Assembly: GCA_965644295.1 (NCBI GenBank)
Contig: CBFFRP010000408.1
Location: 62,001-126,000 of the forward strand
Direction: 5' to 3'
DNA: 64,000 nt
Source of the DNA: Paraphysomonas bandaiensis
Lineage: Eukaryota > Protista > Chrysophyceae
The notes beneath the pieces were generated by a model. It was given only the letters and a program-made list of their open reading frames with translations. It was not told where the DNA came from and did not search any database. The translations under genes and the position numbers were made by a program. Shown here piece by piece: positions 51,401 through 60,400 of the stretch. Positions within the stretch are counted from its first letter, which is position 1, and every line of letters starts with the position of its first letter.

Positions 51401-54400
51401 ATCAGATTGGTGCCTTATGAAGGGTCCGATTTCAGTAGGAAGCAAATTCAAAGGAGTTCGAGGAATCGGGACAATGGATACGTTGCAAAGGAGAAACCGA
51501 AATCTTTAAACAACGTGCAGTTTGCGGATCGAGTTGAGGATGATTTCTACAGTGATTTAGATGACAAGGAGGTTGACCCGATAGTTGTGGTCAAGGATGA
51601 CGGGATGTCAGATGATGATTTCGAGAATGAGGTTGAGGAGATGTTGCTCGGCGAACCAGAGTCTGATAAGGAAGCTATAGAACAGGTGATGAACCTGGAG
51701 AAGACTGTTAATCCAACCCGTGGTTGCGTTGCGTATGCGTTGTATGGGAACTGCTACAAAGGGAAGGAATGTAAGCATGTCCAGGGTCATAATGGAGCAG
51801 TTGCAACGGAAACCCGGAAATGGATGATGAAGAAGCTGTCTCAGATGATGGCAGATGATTCCAAAGGGCCGCGAAAGATTTTGCCGAGGCCTGGTGGAGT
51901 GACTTGACAAATGTGCGAGGCTAATGGTTCGCAGGATCACGAAGAAATATTGTACGGTTTGAATGATCCTGAGACTGTTAGTCGAGTTTTCCTCAGAAAT
52001 TTGATGAATGTCTGTAATACGCGAGAACGAAAAGACTTGACATTGGCTCATTCTGGGGGAAGCATTGTATGTGATGATAACTATATAATATCTGTGCGTG
52101 GAATATTGTTCGACACTGGAGCCCTAACATCTAACTTCATTTCCAAGGATTTGTTTGAGACGTTTAGAAATCATGTGTGTGAAAACAAAGTCATAAAAAA
52201 AGAAACAGTTATAGGATTTGCCGATAAAACGTCGAGAATGAAGTGTAGTTTTGTAGTGAAATTAAAATTGAGGTTTGAGAGAGAAGACTCCAAGGGAGAG
52301 TTCGTGATATATGACGGGGATTTCATTGTTGCTGATATGGGTAGCAACGATATTATTATTGGACTTCCGGCTATCGTTAAGGATCTATGGGATTATTTTC
52401 TATTTATGCTTAAAGGAAGGACTATTGAACGAATTGAATCAGAAGTAAGTTTTATTAAAAGGCGTGAGGACGATGTTACCGAGGATGATTTGTTGTTGAA
52501 TGCGGTTGAAGAATTATTGCAGCCGTGGTGTGACAGTAGTAGGGAGGTAGCACCTGAAGAATTGGATGTTCCGGACCCTTCGCAGTTCGGATTTGCCTCA
52601 AGTTTTCTTGGAAAAACTAGAGAGGAAGCTTTGAGCGAGTTCGAGGATATGTTTGGTGAACACGTGTCTCCAGAGTTCTCAGCAGCGCGACCGGTGCTGG
52701 AGTTATTGAGGACTAAGGGAGTAGAGGTATTTGTTCCAGAGCGGTGGGAAGGTATAAAAGGAGTGGATCCGTTGAACATCAAGTTCGCTGAGAATTTGCC
52801 TCCTAGGATTAAGCCGAAGGCAAGACCCGTAAATCCTAGATTATATGAGGATGCGGAGAAGGAGTTCAGGAGACTGTGTGGTTACATCTATGTTCCTAGT
52901 AGGTCGCTATGGGCTTCTTGTTTGGTGATCGCGCCAAAAGCCACGAAACCTTTTATTAGGATTTGTGGGGATTACGTGCAAATCAACAAGTACATTCCAA
53001 GTCCACACTATACAGTTCCTAATGTAAGACATGAGTTGGATCGTATTATTGGCTATAAGATATTTATGGACATTGACCTCACGAATGCGTTCCATCAGAT
53101 CAGGTTGCATGAGAACACATCTGAAAAATTGTCAGTTCAAACACCGTGGGGCCAATTTCAGCCTTTATTCCTTCCGGAGGGAGTGTCTCCAGGGATTAGT
53201 GTGTTGCAAGAAGCGGTAGTCAAATTGTTTGGAGATCTGGAATGGGCGCTGTGTATATTTGATAATGTTCTGTTATTGGCACATGATTTTGATGATGCGT
53301 ATAAGAAGCTGGAGATTTTCCTGGATAGATGCATTGAACATGGAGTTGTGTTGAAATTTGCAAAGACCTGGTTAGGATTTAGGGAGATCAAGTTTTTTGG
53401 CTATTTGGTAAGGCACAATAGTTTCGAGCTCACGGACGATAGGAAAGAGGCTTTATTGAAGATTCCTTTTCCAGAGAATGGAAATAGATGTAAGAAGATT
53501 AGATCTTTGTTGGGTCTGGGAGTATTCTTTGCTCCATTTGTTCAGAATTACTCAGATTTGGTTAAACATCTTACGGATATGACTAAGAGTAGTTTTAATT
53601 GGGAAGAAACGACATGGCAGCACGATTATAGGCAGGAGTTTGAAAACTATAAGAGTGGTTTGCAACAGTCTTGTGCTTTGTTTTATCCGAATTATGATCT
53701 TGAGTGGACACTTAGGACAGATGCCAGTGACTATGGAGTGGCAGGCATTCTTTTCCAGACTGTTGAGGGAACTGGGTCTAGTCCGATTCAACAGCAAACT
53801 ATTGCTATCTGTTCCAAGAAATTGTCAGAGCAAGCCTTGAAGTGGTGTACTATTGAGAAGGAGGGTTTTGGTATATTCTATTCAGTCAAGAAATTTTCGT
53901 TTTATCTGAGAGGAAAGAAATTTACAATCGAGACGGACCACAACAACCTTGTGTGGATGGAGGCATCAGAAGTTGCGAAGATAATTCGATGGAGAATTTA
54001 TTTGCAGGATTTTGACTTTTTGATTCGTCATATCCCAGGGAAGAACAATGTGGTTGCGGATTGCTTGTCAAGATTGCTGTATTTGTCCGGATTTGTGGAC
54101 GAAAGTGACGATTTCGACTCAGATGAAGTGAACTTCGTGACACTGCATAACATCTTTGAAAAAGACGATTTTGAGGACGAAGTGCAGGAGATCGCGCCAC
54201 CTACGGAGGAGCAGAGGATAGATTATCATCAGGCTATCAAGGAGGTTCACAACGCGCAAGTAGGACACTGGGGTGCGAAAGAGACGTGGAAGCGTCTGTG
54301 TAAGCAATTTCCGGGACACGGCGTGCCTTTCAAGGTGGTTGCAGACTTCGTGGACGAATGTATCAACTGTCAGAAGAATAGGCGAGAGCTGAAGCAGCGA

Positions 54401-57400
54401 TTGATTCCTATCACTAGACATTTAAAACCGCCTCATTCCAGGAGTGCTTTGGGAATTGACGCGGTTGCTATTACACCTGTTTCTAAATCTGGTTACACGC
54501 ATATTGTGGTCATGGTTAATTTGTTTACGAAATTGGTGTACCTATATGCGGTGAAAGGAATGACAGCTATCAATTTAGCTACAGCAGTGTGGAAGTGCTG
54601 GTGTACATACGGGCTCACGGATATGATTATATCAGATATGGGTCCTGATCTCAAATCAGAACTTTTCGCAGAACTGGTTAAGTTGTCAGGACTTCGTCAT
54701 GTTTTTAGTATTGCCAACAGGCATGTCAATGGATGTGAGCGTATTATTAAGGAAGTGGTTCGTCACATCCGTGCTATTTGTTTTGACAAGCGAATCGAGG
54801 CTGATGCTGTTTTGGAGGACGAACTGTTACTTGCCACTATCATGTTCATTCTGAATACCCACGAGAGTAGTGAGACGGGGTATTCTGCGTTCGAACTGAC
54901 GTTTGGGTCCCAGGATTCTATCTATAAGAATCTTTTGGCTGCCCAGGGGAGAGACAATGATCCGTCTCATCAGCTGTTGAAAAGGCTGAACGATTACTTA
55001 GCTCTAGTTCGCCAGATATCAGCAGATTACCAGAAGTCTCTAGTTGAGAAACGAGCTGAAGCGGGTTTGGATCCTGCCAAACAAAACCAGTATTGTCCAG
55101 GCGATTTTGTTATGTTCGACGCTGGTGCTAAACCACATCCGAAATTATCCTCGAGGATGAAGGGTCCTTTCGAAGTGGTACGGCAATACAAGAATGATGT
55201 TCAAATTCGAAACCTTCTTACCGGGGGAATTCGGGAATACTCTGTCTCTGATCTTGAGCCATTTTTCGGAGATAAGGAATCGGCTATTGAAGCGGCGATG
55301 CGAGACCATGAACAATTTAAGGTGGAGGAGATTCTTTCATATACGGGAGATTCACGAACCAAATCTACGATGGTCTTCAAGGTGAAGTATGCGGACGGCG
55401 ATATCTTGGACATTCCATGGACACCGGATATTCAGTGTGAGGCATATTATGATTTCTGTGAGTCTAGGCCTTACTTGCGGCACCTCGCATACGACTCGTT
55501 TACTGCGAAGCGTTTTATTTCTTCAATGAGGAAAGAGAATATCACAACAGTGTCGGTTGGAGATACTGTCTATGTTGATCTCAGGTTCTACGGTGACCTG
55601 TGGTACGAGAGTCTTGGTTTACCGGATTATGCCACGGCCGCGTATGTCATGGAATTCACGTACACCCATTGGTATCACAAGAATTCCAAACGCAAGATTA
55701 GCGCCCGTTTTAATCTCAACGGTTCCAACTATGCCTTCGACAACTATTTGGTCTATTGTTGGGGGTCCCAGAAGGATTTTGACCCTGCTCGCATGATTTT
55801 GGTTGATGCGTCGCTCGCTGCGGCTTATCCCAAAATTATTCAGGAGTAGCTACGGCATCCGGGGGGGGGAGAAAGGGTAATGTAAAGCCGTGGGCTTTTA
55901 TAACGCCCTTGGTAGTTTTATATGATGATATATATTGGTATAATAGGCGGTTATAGTATATGGAGAAGGAATGAACAAGTTTTATAAGTAGTTGATAGAT
56001 TGAATTATTAGAGTGATCTAAAGGGAACGAAACAAGACTTACTAACCATCATGGACACGACTTCTGTATTTCCTACGAGCTTTTCGAGGGGGATGAGTAA
56101 TACCAGCGTGATTAGGAGGAGGCATACGGCAGCGATTGGGGTTAGGAAGCAGTGATACACACAATTTCGTGGGCCTACGTGATTGCCACCCGTTGGTTTA
56201 CACCTATATCCATATAGCAGTCGGTGTAACAGCGATTTGAGTTAGGAAACATTGATTGGTACCGCATGTGCGATATTCGTAGTCCATTCATCATTATGAG
56301 AAGCTTTCTGATGGTTTTGAACAGCTCTATGTGCTTGCTCATCGTTCCGGACTATGATATACGATTATTTTCCCATTATCACACACCATCGATTTTCTGT
56401 GGAATGGGGAGGAATTCGTAGGGTGCCATTGGGCACAGATGCATAGGTGTTCTAGGCATGCTGATGGTAAAATTTCCCTATGTATAGATGGCTAGGTCTG
56501 TTGTACACTGGTTCGCAGGAATGGCGATGTTTAACGGGTTGAAATGTGATTGCAGTTGTCATGAAATGTGCTTGCAATTTTTGTGGATTCGAAGATTGTC
56601 ATTTTTGGGTGTTTGTGGCTCGAAAATCGGCGATTTTCTGCAATTCTCAAAAATTGGGGATTTTTGGGTTTTTTGGGACTCAAAAATCGGAGGTTTTTGG
56701 AAAAGACCTATTTAGGCGTATTTCAGGGGGTTTTTGACTATAAACGATGTAGGATATGAATCGTATGTAGTGTAGTACATGTTTGAGCATATTGTACGGT
56801 TGTGGTTGCATTCAATGTCCTGTGTATGAGGAGGAGTCTTTAGACTAGGGGTCTGTCTTTCGTTTTGCTTGTAACTTAGTTTTTAATAATAATTCTCTAT
56901 GCCAGGGAAGAACAATGTGGTTGCGGATTGCTTGTCAAGATTGCTGTATTTGTCCGGATTTGTGGACGAAAGTGACGATTTCGACTCAGATGAAGTGAAC
57001 TTCGTGACACTGCATAACATCTTTGAAAAAGACGATTTTGAGGACGACGTTCAAGAGATCGCGCCGCCTACGGAGGTACAGAGGATAGATTATTATCAGG
57101 CTATCAAAGAGGTTCACAACGCGCAAGCAGGACACTGGGGTGCGAAAGAGACGTGGAAACGTCTGTGTAGGCAATTTCCGGGACACGGCGTGCCTTTCAA
57201 GGTGGTTGCAGACTTCGTGGACGAATGTATCAACTGTCAGAAGAATAGGCGAGAGCTGAAGCAGCGATTGATTCCTATCACTAGACATTTAAAACCGCCT
57301 CATTCCAGGAGTGCTTTGGGAATTGACGCGGTTGCTATTACACCTGTTTCTAAATCTGGTTACACGCATATTGTGGTCATGGTTAATTTGTTTACGAAAT

Positions 57401-60400
57401 TGGTGTACCTATATGCGGTGAAAGGAATGACGGCTATCAATTTGGCTACAGCAGTATGGAAGTGCTGGTGTACATACGGGCTCACGGATATGATTATATC
57501 AGATATGGGTCCGGATCTCAAATCAGAGCTTTTCGCAGAGCTGGTTAAGTTGTCAGGACTCCGTCATGTTTTTAGTATCGCCAACAGGCATGTCAATGGG
57601 TGTGAGCGTATTATTAAGGAAGTGGTTCGTCACATCCGTGCTATTTGTTTTGACAAGCGAATTGAGGCGGATGCTGTTTTGGAGGACGAACTGTTACTTG
57701 CCACTATCATGTTCATTCTGAATACCCACGAGAGTAGTGAGACGGGGTATTCTGCATTCGAACTGACGTTTGGGTCCCAGGATTCTATCTATAAGAATCT
57801 TTTGGCTGCCCAGGGGAGAGACAATGATCCGTCTCATCAGCTGTTGAAAAGGCTGAACGATTACTTAGCTCTAGTTCGCCAGATATCAGCAGACTACCAG
57901 AAGTCTCTAGTTGAGAAACGAGCGGAAGCGGGTTTGGATCCTGCCAAACAAAACCAGTATTGTCCAGGCGATTTTGTTATGTTCGACGCTGGTGCTAAAC
58001 CACATCCGAAATTATCCTCGAGGATGAAGGGTCCTTTCGAAGTGGTGCGACAATACAAGAACGATGTTCAAATTCGTAATATTCTTACCGGGGGAATTCG
58101 GGAATACTCTGTCTCTGATCTTGAGCCATTTTTCGGAGATAAGGAATCGGCTATTGAGGCGGCGATGCGAGACCATGAACAATTTAAGGTGGAGGAGATT
58201 CTTTCATATACGGGAGATTCACGAACCAAATCTACGATGGTCTTCAAGGTGAAGTATGCGGACGGCGATATCTTGGACATTCCATGGACACCGGATATTC
58301 AGTGTGAGGCATATTACGATTTTTGTGAGTCTAGGCCTTACTTGCGGCACCTCGCATACGACTCGTTTACTGCGAAGCGTTTTATCTCTTCAATGAGGAA
58401 GGAGAATATCACAACAGTTTCGGTTGGAGATACTGTCTATGTTGATCTCAGGTTCTACGGTGACCTGTGGTACGAGAGTCTTGGTTTACCGGATTATGCC
58501 ACGGCCGCGTATGTCATGGAATTCACGTACACCCATTGGTATCACAAGAATTCCAAACGCAAGATTAGCGCCCGTTTTAATCTCAACGGTTCCAACTATG
58601 CCTTCGACAACTATTTGGTCTATTGTTGGGGGTCCCAGAAGGATTTTGACCCTGCTCGCATGATTTTGGTTGATGCGTCGCTCGCTGCGGCTTATCCCAA
58701 CATTATTCAGGAGTAGCTACGGCATCCGGGGGGGGAGAAAGGGTAATGTAAAGCCGTGGGCTTTTATAACACCCTTTAACACGTTTAATGACATCATCAT
58801 AATAATATTGATAACTATATTAATGCAATAACGATATGATAACATAATATGTAGGGTATATGTAGCTTGTTTTGTATAAGATTGGTGACAACAAGAGATA
58901 CAGATTATTATTACGAGGGCAAGACGACAGACAACTAGGATTTACCCTCGAACACACGTTTTCTTTGATCTACGCGATTGCTACCCGTCGGTTTACGCCT
59001 ATATCCATACGGTAGTCGGTGTCATAGCGTTTTGGGTCAGGAAGCATTGATTGGTACCGCATGTGCGATATTCGTAGTCCACCCATCATTATGAGAAGCT
59101 TTCTGATGGTTTTGAACAGCTCTATGTGCTTGATCATTGTTCTGGATTCTGATATACGAATATTCCTCCATTGCCATACACCGTTGATTTTCTCCGGAAT
59201 GGGGAGGAATTCGTAAGGTGCCATTGGACGCAGATGCAGAGGTGTCATGGGCATGTTAGTGATCTGAATATGAGTGTATTTGTATGGTCCAGTCTAAAGT
59301 ACACACTCTTGCAAGGAAATGATATTTAACCGTTCGGTTGTAAGCTTTTGAACCCGATTGCATTTTGTCGGTATTATGCATGAGTTGGCGATTGTGTATT
59401 TCACGTTGTCATGAAATGTGCTTGCAATTTTTGTGGATTCGAATATTGTCATTTTGGGTGTTTGTGGCTCGAAAATCGGCGATTTTCTGCAATTCTCAAA
59501 AAATTGGGGATTTTTGGGGTTTTGGGACTCAAAAATCGGAGGTTTTTGGAAAGGACCTATTTAGGCGTATTTCAGGGCGTTTTTGACTATAAACGATGTA
59601 GGATATGAATCGTATGTAGTGTAGTACATGTATGAGCATATTGTACGGTTGTGGATGCATTCAATGTCCTGTGTATGAGGAGGAGTCTTTAGACTGGGGG
59701 TCTGTCTTTTGTTTCGCTTGTAACTTTAGTTTTAATAATAATTCTCTATGAAATTAACATAGTTGGTTGACTGATCTGTCTATTGGGAGCTTTAGATTGC
59801 AGGATACAGGGGAGCTTGTGTTTCTGGCTGTTGGTTTCTTAAAGAGTTATTATTATAGCTTTCTGTTTTGTTGTTTCGATAAACAACCATTTCATATCTT
59901 TTCAGTGATCTTAGGTTGCAAGACCTGAGTTGTTCATAGCTACGACGCCAGGTCAAAGGACAGCTGACCGTAGAACTCCCGAAAAACAAACCTCTCCTCA
60001 GCGTAGTGGCACTAACCCGTTCACAAGTGAGTTTACATTCTCGGAAGAGAATGGTAAATCTGTGGATATACTAGTGGTGCATCGAGATGACGATGAACTC
60101 GGTGATGTATCTGCTACTATTCACGAAGACGAAGGTGATGGCATGCACATAAATCCAGCACTCTCTGAGGTACTCCGCGATAAGGCGTTGCTGTTGACAT
60201 GCAAGAAGAATGCTTCAATGACCATGAGATCTCGGTCTCGAAGTGCAGATACAGGCCTCTCCCTTCAGGAAGATAGCTTTGATGATGATGGTGACAATGA
60301 CGACTGGTTACGGACTGACAGCCCGAGAGGACTCACGAAAAAGCCAAGTTTTGCATCATGTGGTCTCAGTCCATTGCCCCCACAGCGGAAAGTGCCTTCA

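Larger units (their letters stand above)
49161..56901 (+). mobile_element. Inner Ty3/Gypsy LTR retrotransposon, intact gag and pol, 3' LTR short by ~188 bp
   Basis: LTRs 49161-50369 and 55881-56901 appear identical over their overlap; TSD CCAG (49157-49160, 56902-56905); PPT 55861-55880. Confidence 0.97.
44300..59938 (+). mobile_element. Outer Ty3/Gypsy LTR retrotransposon (chromodomain-bearing), pol interrupted by a sister element
   Basis: 1192-bp LTRs at 44300-45491 and 58747-59938; TSD GCTA (44296-44299, 59939-59942); PPT 58728-58746; domain order PR-RT-RH-IN. Confidence 0.97.

Noticed and set aside
45745-55413. Short antisense and alternate-frame ORFs within gag-pol and host genes
   Set aside because: These are shadow ORFs of real coding sequence with no independent motifs.
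44300-59938. Tandem array of elements sharing LTRs, or a collapsed assembly
   Set aside because: Two distinct LTR types pair as outer and inner, each pair has its own TSD, and the outer pol rejoins exactly across CCAG.
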